DNA of 60,567 bases, from NCBI GenBank assembly GCA_947453715.1, contig CANGHX010000001.1, positions 1-60,567 on the forward strand. Direction: 5' to 3'. Positions 1-9,543 of this stretch are shown in pieces. The notes beneath the pieces were generated by a model. It was not told where the DNA came from. It did not search any database and saw only the letters and a program-made list of their open reading frames with translations. A program made the position numbers and the translations under genes. Each line of letters starts with the position of its first letter. Positions within the stretch are counted from its first letter, which is position 1. Source of the stretch: Flavobacteriales bacterium (lineage in GTDB: Bacteria; Bacteroidota; Bacteroidia; Flavobacteriales_D; Crocinitomicaceae).

Positions 1-107
1 GGATGCTCTATAAGATCGAAAATAAACTCATCTGGAATTGAAATAAAACCATAGATTGGATCGTTAAATATTTTCTTCTTATTATTTCTATTGAATATTG
101 GACGCAA
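1..107 (-). CDS. N-terminal end of an HD-domain phosphohydrolase-like protein, truncated by the window edge
   Basis: The minus-strand frame reads ..NNKKKIFNDPIYGFISIPDEFIFDLIEH and runs off the window start. I recall this NDPxYGFIxIP..IFDLIEHP N-terminus from Bacteroidota HD-superfamily hydrolases. There is no in-frame ATG; only a TTG at 105-107 could start it, so the 5' boundary is uncertain. Confidence 0.45.
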   Translation of the reverse strand, partial: MRPIFNRNNKKKIFNDPIYGFISIPDEFIFDLIEH

Positions 108-152
108 TTGAATAATTTTAAAACGAATTTCAAATTTAAAAATTTAAAGCGA

Positions 153-1700
153 ATGCAAGCGAAAATACTTTGGGCAGATGACGAAATTGAATTATTGAAA
201 CCACATATTCTATTTCTAGAATCAAAAGGATACGAAGTAACAACAGTCAATAACGGTGCAGATGCAGTTGAAAAAAGTAATGACATCAATTACGATATCA
301 TTTTTTTAGATGAAAACATGCCTGGTATTTCTGGATTAGAAGCATTGGCTCAAATCAAAGATATCAAACCTCTTGTTCCGGTTGTTATGATCACGAAAAG
401 TGAGGAAGAATATATTATGGAAGAAGCGATCGGAAGTAAAATCGCCGATTACCTCATCAAACCGGTGAATCCAAATCAAATATTATTGACTTTAAAGAAA
501 TTGCTTGATCATTCGAAATTGATTTCTCAAAAAACGAATTCCAACTACCAACAAGAGTTTCGTCAATTGGGAATGACTTTAAATAATCGATTGGATTTTG
601 AAGAATGGACTGAAGTTTTTAAAAAATTAGTCTATTGGGAATTAGAATTAGAAAAAATTGAAGATTCTGGAATGCGTGAAATCTTAAACATGCAAAAGAA
701 AGAGGCAAACAATTTATTCTGCAAATACATTGAAAACAATTATTTAGATTGGTTAGATGGTTCTGAAAAAGGTCCGCAAATGGTTCATACCATTATCAAA
801 GACCGCGTTGCACCATTATTCAAACCAACTGAAAAAGTGACTTTGTTAGTGATTGATAATCTACGCTATGATCAATGGCAAGTATTAAAACCAATTTTCT
901 CAAAATATTTTAATGTTGAGGATGATGAAATTATCTTTTCGATTCTTCCAACAGCGACACATTATGCTCGAAATGCTTTGTTCTCAGGATTAATGCCTTC
1001 TGAAATCCAAAAGTTATTGCCTAAATTTTGGGTAACTGAAGAAGATGAAGAAGGAAAAAACATGTATGAAAAAGAATTATTGGAGGCTAATTTAAAACGT
1101 CTAGGAAAAAACGTGAAATGGTCATACAATAAAGTAACAAATTACGATGCTGGCAAAAAATTAGCAGATCAATTTCACCAATTAAAAGAAAATGATTTCA
1201 ACGCGATAGTTTACAATTTCGTAGACATGCTTTCACATGCTCGTACAGACATGAAAGTGATTCGTGAATTAGCTGATGACGAAGCGGCTTACAGATCTTT
1301 AACTGTTTCATGGTTTGAACATTCGCCTTTACAAGATATTATCAAAAAAATTGCCGATGCTAAACATAAATTAATCATCACTTCTGATCATGGTACAGTA
1401 AAGGTTAATAATCCTGTGAAAATTGTCGGAGAAAAAAGTACCAATTCGAATTTAAGATACAAAGTCGGAAGAAATTTATCATATAAGGACAAAGAGGTTT
1501 TTGCGATTAAAAATCCAGCGGATGCTTTTTTACCTAAAGGTGCTTTATCGTCTGAATTTGTATTTACAAGAGAAAATGATTTCTTTGTTTACCCAAATAA
1601 TTTTAACCATTTTGTGAATCATTATGGTGAAACTTTTCAACATGGAGGAATTTCATTGGAAGAATTATTAATTCCTTTTGTAGTTTTATCGGTGAAATAA
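153..1700 (+). CDS. porX: PorX-family response regulator (CheY-like receiver fused to a PglZ/alkaline-phosphatase-like domain)
   Basis: The ORF is 108..1700, but the likely start is the ATG at 153 (MQAKILWADDE). It has a receiver domain (DDE, FLDENMPG, IKP) followed by a PglZ-like domain (VIDNLRYDQW, TSDHGT, QHGG). Length and architecture match the T9SS regulator PorX. Confidence 0.8.
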   Translation: MQAKILWADDEIELLKPHILFLESKGYEVTTVNNGADAVEKSNDINYDIIFLDENMPGISGLEALAQIKDIKPLVPVVMITKSEEEYIMEEAIGSKIADYLIKPVNPNQILLTLKKLLDHSKLISQKTNSNYQQEFRQLGMTLNNRLDFEEWTEVFKKLVYWELELEKIEDSGMREILNMQKKEANNLFCKYIENNYLDWLDGSEKGPQMVHTIIKDRVAPLFKPTEKVTLLVIDNLRYDQWQVLKPIFSKYFNVEDDEIIFSILPTATHYARNALFSGLMPSEIQKLLPKFWVTEEDEEGKNMYEKELLEANLKRLGKNVKWSYNKVTNYDAGKKLADQFHQLKENDFNAIVYNFVDMLSHARTDMKVIRELADDEAAYRSLTVSWFEHSPLQDIIKKIADAKHKLIITSDHGTVKVNNPVKIVGEKSTNSNLRYKVGRNLSYKDKEVFAIKNPADAFLPKGALSSEFVFTRENDFFVYPNNFNHFVNHYGETFQHGGISLEELLIPFVVLSVK

Positions 1701-1750
1701 TAGTTTAATAAAAATAGGAAGACTAACATTTAATAAATTATCTGTTATTG

Positions 1751-1783
1751 TCACCTCCCTAACCCTCCTCCAGGAGGGAAGAT
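1751..1783 (+). repeat. GC-rich palindromic intergenic element, copy 1 (two CCTCC arms plus one GGAGG arm)
   Basis: Sequence TCACCTCCCTAACCCTCCTCCAGGAGGGAAG. CCCTCCT (1763-1769) is the exact reverse complement of AGGAGGG (1772-1778). CCTCC (1754-1758) can also pair with GGAGG (1773-1777). A similar copy lies at 38141-38175. Confidence 0.6.
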
Positions 1784-1790
1784 TATAAAA

Positions 1791-2207
1791 ATGGAAATAG
1801 AAATAAACAATTTATCAGAGCTTCCAGAGAAGTCAATGCTTTTTTTTAATGAATTAAATCATCGAAAAGTGGTTGCTTTTGACGGTCAAATGGGTGCTGG
1901 AAAAACAACATTTATCACATCCATCTTAAAAGGATTGGGAATTGAAGACATTGAAGGTTCACCAACCTATTCGTTAGTCAATGTATATGACAGTGTGGCT
2001 TACGGTAAAATCTACCATTTTGATTTATATCGTTTGAATTCAGAAACAGAAGCTTTCGATATCGGAATTGAAGAAATGCTTTACAGTGGAAACTACTGTT
2101 TTATTGAATGGCCAGAAAAAATTTCAAATCTATTACCAGAAAACACAATTTGGGCGTATATTCGCAGTACAGAAGATAATCGTCGAACTATAAGTTTTGA
2201 ATTATGA
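1791..2207 (+). CDS. tsaE: tRNA threonylcarbamoyladenosine biosynthesis ATPase TsaE
   Basis: P-loop GQMGAGKTT plus SPTYSLVNVY and HFDLYRL motifs; 138 aa. It has a 4-nt ATGA overlap with the next gene. Confidence 0.85.
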   Translation: MEIEINNLSELPEKSMLFFNELNHRKVVAFDGQMGAGKTTFITSILKGLGIEDIEGSPTYSLVNVYDSVAYGKIYHFDLYRLNSETEAFDIGIEEMLYSGNYCFIEWPEKISNLLPENTIWAYIRSTEDNRRTISFEL

Positions 2208-3418
2208 AGACAGATTCGAATATATTAAAGCATTTAATGCAACAAGGAAGTTTACTTCCAAAAGAAGAAATGTTAGAAATTGCTCGTAAAAAAGGTAATT
2301 TATATATAGGTATTCCAAAAGAAAATTCATTTCAAGAGCGACGAGTTGCTTTAGTTCCTGAAGCAGTTTCATTATTAGTTTCAAATGGACATCGTGTAAA
2401 AGTTGAGTCAAAAGCTGGTGAAATGGCAAATTTCTCAGACAACGATTACAGCGAAGCAGGTGCTGAAATTTGTTATGATCGTAATGAAATATTTGCATGT
2501 GATATTATTTTTAAAGTTTCACCTCCAACTGAAGATGAAGTAGAAATGATGAAAGGAAATCAAACGTTGGTTTCTGCTTTGCAAATTTCTGTTCAACCAA
2601 AAGCTATTTTGCAAAAATTAATGCAAAAGAAAATCACAGCTGTTGCTTGGGATTATATTAGAGATGAAGAAGGCGCTTTCCCAATTGTTCGTTCTATGGG
2701 AGAAATTGCAGGAACAACATCTATTTTAATTGCTGGAGAATTACTTTCATCTTTCAATTCTGGAAAAGGAATTATGTTAGGTGGAATTGCCGGTGTTCAA
2801 CCAACTGAAGTTGTTGTAATTGGCGCTGGTACTGCTGGAGAATATGCAGTTAGAGCAGCTTTAGGTTTAGGAGCGAACGTAAAAGTTTTTGACAATTCAT
2901 TAACTAAATTAAGAAGATTACAAAACGACTTAGGTCGAAGAATACATACATCTGTAATTCAACCAAAAGTATTGGAAAAAGCATTAATGAGAGCAGATGT
3001 TGTGATTGGTGCTTTAAGAGCCCCACTTGGAAGAACTCCTTGCGTAGTTACCGAAGAAATGATTGAAGGAATGAAATCTGGTTCTGTTGTTGTAGATATT
3101 AGTATCGATCAAGGTGGTTGTTTTGAAACATCTCATGTAACCAATCACAATGATCCAACTTTTGTAAAACATAGTATAATTCACTATTGTGTTCCAAATA
3201 TTGCATCTAGAGTTTCAAGAACAGCTTCATTTGCTTTATCAAATATTTTCTCTCCAATTCTATTGGAAATGGGTGAAAAAGGTGGTTGTAAAGAATTAAT
3301 CATTAAAGATCCAGGATTTAGAAGTGGTGTTTACATTTATAAAGGTGTATTAACAAGTGAAGTTCTTGGAAAAGTTTTCGATTTGAAATTTAAGAATATT
3401 GAATTGTTAATGTTGTAA
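2204..3418 (+). CDS. alanine dehydrogenase / PNT-family NAD(P)-binding dehydrogenase
   Basis: N-terminal IGIPKE..ERRVALVPE motif and Rossmann segment VVVIGAGTAGEYA; 404 aa. Confidence 0.75.
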   Translation: MKTDSNILKHLMQQGSLLPKEEMLEIARKKGNLYIGIPKENSFQERRVALVPEAVSLLVSNGHRVKVESKAGEMANFSDNDYSEAGAEICYDRNEIFACDIIFKVSPPTEDEVEMMKGNQTLVSALQISVQPKAILQKLMQKKITAVAWDYIRDEEGAFPIVRSMGEIAGTTSILIAGELLSSFNSGKGIMLGGIAGVQPTEVVVIGAGTAGEYAVRAALGLGANVKVFDNSLTKLRRLQNDLGRRIHTSVIQPKVLEKALMRADVVIGALRAPLGRTPCVVTEEMIEGMKSGSVVVDISIDQGGCFETSHVTNHNDPTFVKHSIIHYCVPNIASRVSRTASFALSNIFSPILLEMGEKGGCKELIIKDPGFRSGVYIYKGVLTSEVLGKVFDLKFKNIELLML

Positions 3419-3446
3419 AAAATCATTCATTACAATTTCATTTTTT

Positions 3447-3899
3447 ATGCAAGCACTTGCTCTTCCAAAAGCTCAATTAAAAATCACGAAAAAAGGTGAT
3501 GAACTTTTTGTATGGTGTGTTGCACGAAAAAAAACATTGGTTCTTACTCCAGAAGAATGGGTTCGTCAACATGTAATTCATTATTTAGTAAATGATTTAA
3601 AAGTTCCTTTAGGCTTAATCGCTTCTGAAGTTTCGTTATCAATCAATACACTTAGTCGAAGATGTGATTTAATCGTATTCAGCAAAGAAAGTAAGCCTCT
3701 TTTATTAATTGAATGCAAAGCGGTCGATGTTCCACTAACCGAAAATGTCTTTCATCAAATTGCTCAATATAATTTCAAATTGAATGTCGATTATTTAATG
3801 ATGACAAATGGTGTTCATCACGCCTACTGTAAAATTGACAGAGTAAATAACAAACTAATTTATTTAGAAAAATTACCATTATACGATGATCTCAATTAA
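3447..3899 (+). CDS. stand-alone HsdR N-terminal (PD-(D/E)xK-like) domain protein
   Basis: 150 aa with a CDLIVF...LLLIECK core, as in the type I restriction enzyme R N-terminal domain family. No methylase, specificity or helicase partner is nearby. Confidence 0.65.
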   Translation: MQALALPKAQLKITKKGDELFVWCVARKKTLVLTPEEWVRQHVIHYLVNDLKVPLGLIASEVSLSINTLSRRCDLIVFSKESKPLLLIECKAVDVPLTENVFHQIAQYNFKLNVDYLMMTNGVHHAYCKIDRVNNKLIYLEKLPLYDDLN

Positions 3900-4512
3900 A
3901 TACTTTATTATACCTTTTGTTTTTATCTTTTCAATTTCAAACAGTAAAGCACAAGACAAAGATTATTTATTATTAAAAAACATCAATAGTAAGTACACTC
4001 CATTTGGTGGTGGAATTATGAGAGGATTTTCTAATTCGGATACTTATGTCGCTTTAGGAATACCAACGGGTCTATTCATTTATGGAAAAGTGAAGAAAAA
4101 TCCAGAAATGGTTTGGAATAGTTTTGAATCTTTTTCGAATCAATTTTTGAATGGAATAGCGACAACCATTTTAAAAAACTCAATCAATAGAACGCGACCA
4201 TTTGTCACTTATCCAAACGAAATACATAAACATTCAGTTGCAGGCTCAAAATCGTATCCCTCTGGTCATACTTCTATGGCTTTTGCTACAGCGACAACAA
4301 TTAGTCTTCAATACCCAAAATGGTATGTGATTGCTCCTGCATTTGTTTATGCATCAAGTGTTGGTTATTCAAGAATGTATTTAGGTGTTCATTACCCTAC
4401 TGATGTTTTGGCAGGTGCTTTTGTTGGTGCAAGTTCAAGTTTAATTACACACTACACATTCAAATTCATAAAAAAAAGATGGGAATTAAAACATTCAAAG
4501 GCTAAAATTTAA
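3886..4512 (+). CDS. PAP2-family phosphatase (membrane/secreted)
   Basis: Canonical PAP2 motifs KNSINRTRP, PSGHTS and SRMYLGVHYPTD, with an N-terminal signal/TM segment. It overlaps the upstream gene by 14 nt. Confidence 0.85.
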   Translation: MISIKYFIIPFVFIFSISNSKAQDKDYLLLKNINSKYTPFGGGIMRGFSNSDTYVALGIPTGLFIYGKVKKNPEMVWNSFESFSNQFLNGIATTILKNSINRTRPFVTYPNEIHKHSVAGSKSYPSGHTSMAFATATTISLQYPKWYVIAPAFVYASSVGYSRMYLGVHYPTDVLAGAFVGASSSLITHYTFKFIKKRWELKHSKAKI

Positions 4513-6473
4513 ATTCTTACTCCAATTACACAGATATCATCTACTTGATCTTCATTTCCTTTCCAATTCTCGAAAGCTTCTAAAAATTGTTGTCTTTGTT
4601 CAAAAAGCGGTAAATGCTGAATTGATAAAACAAGCTCCTTCATTTTTACCGTTTTATATTTTTTACTGTTTGATCCACCAAATTGATCTGCCATTCCATC
4701 GGTAAACAAATACAACAAATCTCCTTTTTCTAAATTATAAGTGTGAGTTAAAAAAGAATCGTAATGATCAAATTTACCTATCGGCTGTTTTGTAGCTTTT
4801 ATTTCTGTTATTTCGTCCGAATTGTTTCTCAATATCCAAAGTGGATTATTTGCACCAGACCATTTCAATTCATTTGTTTCAAAATTCAAAAAACATAAAG
4901 AAATGTCCATTCCATCATTTACATCATCTTCACTTTTTTCAAATTCTTCAATAATAATTCTTCTTGTTTGATCTAATATTGCTCCAGGATCTCTTAATCC
5001 AAACTCTCTAACAGATCTGTTTAATGCATTATGACAAACAACACTCATCATCGCTCCAGGAACCCCATGACCTGTACAATCCGCAACAGCAAATATTATT
5101 GAATCATTCATTGGCTCAATCCAATAAAAATCACCTGCAACAATATCTTTTGGTAGATAAAGAATAAACGAATTAGTCAGATAATTCTTTACTAATTTTT
5201 CAGCTGGCAAAATCGCTGTTTGAATTCTCCTCGCATAAGTTATTGAATCTAGAATTTCTTTATTTTTTTTATCGACAATTCGTTTTTGTTCCTCAATAAT
5301 AAGATTCTGCTTTTTTTCAGAACGCCATTTTCTTATAATGACAAAAGATAATATTATAGCGACGATAACAAAAGAAATTGATGAAATAACAATAAAACGT
5401 TGGCGTTGAATTTTATTTTCCTTAACCATTTCGATGGCTTTATGCTTGTGCATTTCTTTTGCCACTTTTAAATCGAATATATATTGAAGCTCATCTCTTG
5501 TCTGACTTTGTAATACATTTTCATTGATGATACTATCTCTAAATGCTATATATTTTACATAATTTTCAAATGCTCCTTTAAAATCTTCATTACCTTCATC
5601 AATGGCACTTAAATTTTCAAAAGCATATTCTTGTAATAATTTCGCTCCGATTTTTTTTCCAATTACGATAGCTTTTTTAAAATAGTCTTTCGATATTTCA
5701 AGGTCATTCATTTTATAGTATAATGAGCCTATATTATTATACGAGTTTCCAATCCCATTGATATCATTAATTTGCTTTCTAAGTTGGAGTGATTTTTTAA
5801 AATAATATTCCGATTTATCAAACTCATTTAACTTCAAGTAAATCAATCCAATATTATTATATGAATCTGCTCGACCAAATATGTTTTTAGTAATCAAATC
5901 ATATTTAATGGTTTCAAAGTAATTCGCTAATGCTTTATTAAATTTTTTCTGAGCCATATAAATGATTCCCAAATTACTTTTCGCTATTGAAATACCTGAA
6001 ACATTCTTCAATTTCTTGGCTAATTGAAGTGACTTTAAATGATAAGATTCTGCTTTATCATATTCTCTCTCATTAATGTAAAGCAAACCTAAATTGTTAT
6101 ATGATTTTATTAAATAATCAAAATCCTGTATTTTCAATTGTATTTTTATTGCAAGTAAATACTGGTGTAATGATTTATCATAATCTCCTAGAAAATCAAA
6201 AATTATCCCCTTATTTAGATTCGCTTTTCCTTCTTCTTTTAAATTATTTATAGATTTTGAAAATTCAATCGCTTTATCTGATGCTATTAATCCAAATTCA
6301 TAGTTCCCATGTCTCCATGCTTTTTCACCAAGTTTGTTTAAATAAATTACTTTTTGTTCAATCGTAGGAATCTTTTTGATTAATAGATTAATTGAATCAA
6401 CTATTTTTACATCAGAAGCTCTTGCAGAAACAATCGAAAAAATAAAAACAAATAGAAAATATTTTTTTTTCAT
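4509..6473 (-). CDS. TPR-repeat sensor fused via one TM helix to a PP2C/SpoIIE-type protein phosphatase
   Basis: The ORF runs to 6491, but the likely start is MKKKYFLFVF at 6473 (signal-like). It has many TPR-like units (YNNIG..Y....F.KA..YF.K), a TM segment (FIVISSISFVIVAIILSFVII), and a C-terminal SpoIIE-like domain (VAGDFYW, ADCTGHGVPGA, DGMD, FTDG). Confidence 0.8.
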   Translation of the reverse strand: MKKKYFLFVFIFSIVSARASDVKIVDSINLLIKKIPTIEQKVIYLNKLGEKAWRHGNYEFGLIASDKAIEFSKSINNLKEEGKANLNKGIIFDFLGDYDKSLHQYLLAIKIQLKIQDFDYLIKSYNNLGLLYINEREYDKAESYHLKSLQLAKKLKNVSGISIAKSNLGIIYMAQKKFNKALANYFETIKYDLITKNIFGRADSYNNIGLIYLKLNEFDKSEYYFKKSLQLRKQINDINGIGNSYNNIGSLYYKMNDLEISKDYFKKAIVIGKKIGAKLLQEYAFENLSAIDEGNEDFKGAFENYVKYIAFRDSIINENVLQSQTRDELQYIFDLKVAKEMHKHKAIEMVKENKIQRQRFIVISSISFVIVAIILSFVIIRKWRSEKKQNLIIEEQKRIVDKKNKEILDSITYARRIQTAILPAEKLVKNYLTNSFILYLPKDIVAGDFYWIEPMNDSIIFAVADCTGHGVPGAMMSVVCHNALNRSVREFGLRDPGAILDQTRRIIIEEFEKSEDDVNDGMDISLCFLNFETNELKWSGANNPLWILRNNSDEITEIKATKQPIGKFDHYDSFLTHTYNLEKGDLLYLFTDGMADQFGGSNSKKYKTVKMKELVLSIQHLPLFEQRQQFLEAFENWKGNEDQVDDICVIGVRI

Positions 6474-6627
6474 GGAAGTCATTTTCAACAAAGTTAGTCT
6501 ATTATCAACATGAAAAATAAGTCTTTTTACAAATTTAATGTTAAATCAATATTAACTTAACTATATTTTTTCACTATATTAACCCAACTGAATTCTATAA
6601 TATACGTTTAATATCAAAAACTACTCC

Positions 6628-9525
6628 ATGAAAATAACATTATCACTCATTATTTTTTCATTTTCTATTTCGCAATTACTTGCTCAACAACCAACTCAAC
6701 AATGGTTGAATCGATACAACGGAAAAGGAGATTATTCTGATAAAATAAATTGTGCTATTGCCGATAATAGTGGAAATACATACTTAGCTGGATACACTGT
6801 TAGAACAGGAAACAAAAAAGATTACTTTATTGCAAAGCTAAATTCGAGTGGGGATACACTTTGGACTCGAACTTACAATGGTTCAGGAAAAAAAGATGAT
6901 GAAGTGCTTGCGATTGCATGTGATGCTTTAAATAATGTTTACGTTACAGGATATTCAAAAAGTTCAAACAATGGAGATGATATTATAACATTGAAATATG
7001 ATTTAAATGGTGTATTAATATCAACCTTAATTTATAACAATCCTTCCAATCAGGATGACCAAGGAAATTCAATTTCAGTGGATGTTTTAGGTAATATTTA
7101 TGTAGCAGGTCAATCAGATTCAGACGCCTCTTCAGTCTCAAATGATGATTTCATTGTATTAAAATATGATAATACTGGAAATATTGTTTGGTCAAATCTG
7201 TACAATGGAATTGGTAACCTCACAGATAGAGCTGTAAAAATATTGACTGATAATAGTGGAAATGTATACGTAACAGGAAGAAGTAATAATGGAACGGACG
7301 ATGATTATTATACTATAAAATATAATTCCTCAGGATCAATAACATGGCAGGTAGCATTAGACAACGGATCAGATGATCGGCCTTCGAGCATGTATATCGA
7401 TGCTTCTTCAAATTTATACATCACAGGAAAAAGTAATAATGGTTCAGATGATGATATTTATACAATTAAATACAACTCAAATGGTGCTGAATTATGGACT
7501 GGAGGTATCGTTTATAATGGAACAGGAGGTAACAATGACAAAGCTTATGGAATTGTAGTTGATGGTTCAGGAAATGTTTATGTAACAGGGAAAACTGATA
7601 ACGATCCTTCCACAACAACAAATTATGACTATTGCACTCTAAAATACAATTCGAGTGGAAGTCAACAATGGGTAAAAACATATAATGGAGTTGGTGATTT
7701 AACTGACGAAGCTTCGTCGATCGTTCTAGACAATTCAGGAAACATTATTGTGACGGGGCATTCTGACATCAACAATGATCCTTTAATTGACAACTTCAAT
7801 ATCGTAACGATTTCATATACACCTTCTGGAACACAATCATGGCTACAATCTTACCAAGGACCTTCAAACTTTGACGAAAATAGTACTTCAATTATTTTAA
7901 ACGGAACATCATTAATTGTTGTCGGTTACTCTGAAAACGCTAGTCGTCAAAAAGATGCCTTAACATTAAAATACACAACATCAGGAACTTTAACTTGGTC
8001 AAAAACGATTGATGGACAAGGTGATAATTCTGATAATGTAAATGCCATTTTTGTAGAAAGTTCAGGAGCAAACACCTATTTAGCTGGATACACCTACAAT
8101 GCTTCAACAGAAAAAGACATGTGTGTTATCAAATTAAATTCTATTGGCGACACCTTATGGACTAGGACTTATAATGGCTCTAGTAACAGTTCAGATGAAG
8201 CAACAGCAATTAAAGTCGATGCTTCAGGCAATGTTTACATCACGGGATTCACAAAAGAAAGTGCCTCAGATTATGATATTACGACCATTAAATACAATTC
8301 AGCAGGAACTCAACAATGGATATCTCAATATAATAATAGCAGTGCAAATGGTGAAGATCAGGGGATTAATTTAGCAATTGACAATTTAGGAAATGTATAT
8401 GTTTCTGGTTACTCAGATGGTGACGCAACAAGTGTTTTAAATGAAGATTACGTAACAATTAAATACAATTCTTCTGGTGTTCAAACTTGGGCAACACGAT
8501 TCAATGGGACAGGAAATGGAACTGACATTCCAAGTGGATTAGGAGTTCTTCAGACTGGAAAAGTATACGTAACTGGAAAAAGTGACAATGGTTCAGATGA
8601 TGATTATATTACAATTTGCTATAATGCAACAGGTACGCAGCAATGGCTAAATACTTATGCTGGGTCGATTGGAAATGATCGTCCTTCTAGTTTGATTATT
8701 GATAATTCGAATAACATAACTGTCACAGGTAGAAAAGATAACGGAACAGATGATGACATTGTAACAATACAATACAGCTCAACAGGTATGCAAAATTGGA
8801 TTAATACCTATGACAGCGGAACAGGAAATGATCGAGGAGTATCTTTAACAAGCAATTTACAAGGTGAAACTTTTGTTACTGGTACTCAAAATGATGGCAC
8901 TCAAAATGACATTGTAACTTTTGGTATTAACGCTGCAGGAACTCAAACATGGATCAACCATTTTGATGGAGTCAATCATTTAGATGATATTCCATCCGCA
9001 ATAAAATATGACTACAATGGCTTTATTATTATCGCTGGTGAAACAAGTTCTTCAGCTACAAATTCAGATTTTTTCATTCGCAAACTTAACAACAATGGAA
9101 CTGTGATTTGGTCTCAAACGTATGATGGTCAAATCAATCAAAATGATGGAGTTAATACGATGAGCTTAGATGGCTTAAACAATATTTACGTTTCTGGTAA
9201 TAGTAATTCAATGAATGGTCAAAAAGATATCGTGACGATAAAATATGATTCTCCATTATCAGTAGAAGAATTAAATCATTCTAATTTCACACTTACAACG
9301 TTTCCTAATCCTTTTCATGAAAGTACGAGAATTGAATTCAATAATTCATCAAATGATAATTATCTTATAGAAATATTTAATTTAACTGGTAAAAAGTTAA
9401 GTTCACTAAAATTTAATTCGTCAGAAATCATTATTGAGAGAAATAACCTTGCGAATGGAACATACATTTTCACTTTCCAAAAAGAAAATGACGTTGTCCA
9501 AAAAGGTAAAATAATAGTTCAATAA
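6628..9525 (+). CDS. secreted SBBP (beta-propeller) repeat protein with a T9SS type A C-terminal sorting domain
   Basis: Signal peptide, then about 14 iterations of a ~62-66-aa unit (GN.YVTG.S....DDD..TIKYNSSG...W...Y.G). The C-terminus (TTFPNPFHESTRIEF...GTYIFTFQ...GKIIVQ) looks like a Por secretion tail. Confidence 0.8.
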   Translation: MKITLSLIIFSFSISQLLAQQPTQQWLNRYNGKGDYSDKINCAIADNSGNTYLAGYTVRTGNKKDYFIAKLNSSGDTLWTRTYNGSGKKDDEVLAIACDALNNVYVTGYSKSSNNGDDIITLKYDLNGVLISTLIYNNPSNQDDQGNSISVDVLGNIYVAGQSDSDASSVSNDDFIVLKYDNTGNIVWSNLYNGIGNLTDRAVKILTDNSGNVYVTGRSNNGTDDDYYTIKYNSSGSITWQVALDNGSDDRPSSMYIDASSNLYITGKSNNGSDDDIYTIKYNSNGAELWTGGIVYNGTGGNNDKAYGIVVDGSGNVYVTGKTDNDPSTTTNYDYCTLKYNSSGSQQWVKTYNGVGDLTDEASSIVLDNSGNIIVTGHSDINNDPLIDNFNIVTISYTPSGTQSWLQSYQGPSNFDENSTSIILNGTSLIVVGYSENASRQKDALTLKYTTSGTLTWSKTIDGQGDNSDNVNAIFVESSGANTYLAGYTYNASTEKDMCVIKLNSIGDTLWTRTYNGSSNSSDEATAIKVDASGNVYITGFTKESASDYDITTIKYNSAGTQQWISQYNNSSANGEDQGINLAIDNLGNVYVSGYSDGDATSVLNEDYVTIKYNSSGVQTWATRFNGTGNGTDIPSGLGVLQTGKVYVTGKSDNGSDDDYITICYNATGTQQWLNTYAGSIGNDRPSSLIIDNSNNITVTGRKDNGTDDDIVTIQYSSTGMQNWINTYDSGTGNDRGVSLTSNLQGETFVTGTQNDGTQNDIVTFGINAAGTQTWINHFDGVNHLDDIPSAIKYDYNGFIIIAGETSSSATNSDFFIRKLNNNGTVIWSQTYDGQINQNDGVNTMSLDGLNNIYVSGNSNSMNGQKDIVTIKYDSPLSVEELNHSNFTLTTFPNPFHESTRIEFNNSSNDNYLIEIFNLTGKKLSSLKFNSSEIIIERNNLANGTYIFTFQKENDVVQKGKIIVQ

Positions 9526-9543
9526 TATTCATACAAAAAATAA

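Noticed and set aside
1772-1777. AGGAGG as an ordinary Shine-Dalgarno site for tsaE
   Set aside because: The 12-nt spacing to the ATG is longer than optimal. Other genes in the window show no SD-like sequences. The same element recurs at 38141-38175, where there is no downstream start codon. It is therefore treated as part of a repeat/hairpin instead.
3447-3899. HsdR N-terminal domain protein as a sign of a type I restriction-modification system
   Set aside because: It is a 150-aa stand-alone domain with no hsdM, hsdS or helicase/translocase portion nearby. Its neighbours are housekeeping genes (the alanine dehydrogenase-like gene and the PAP2 phosphatase).
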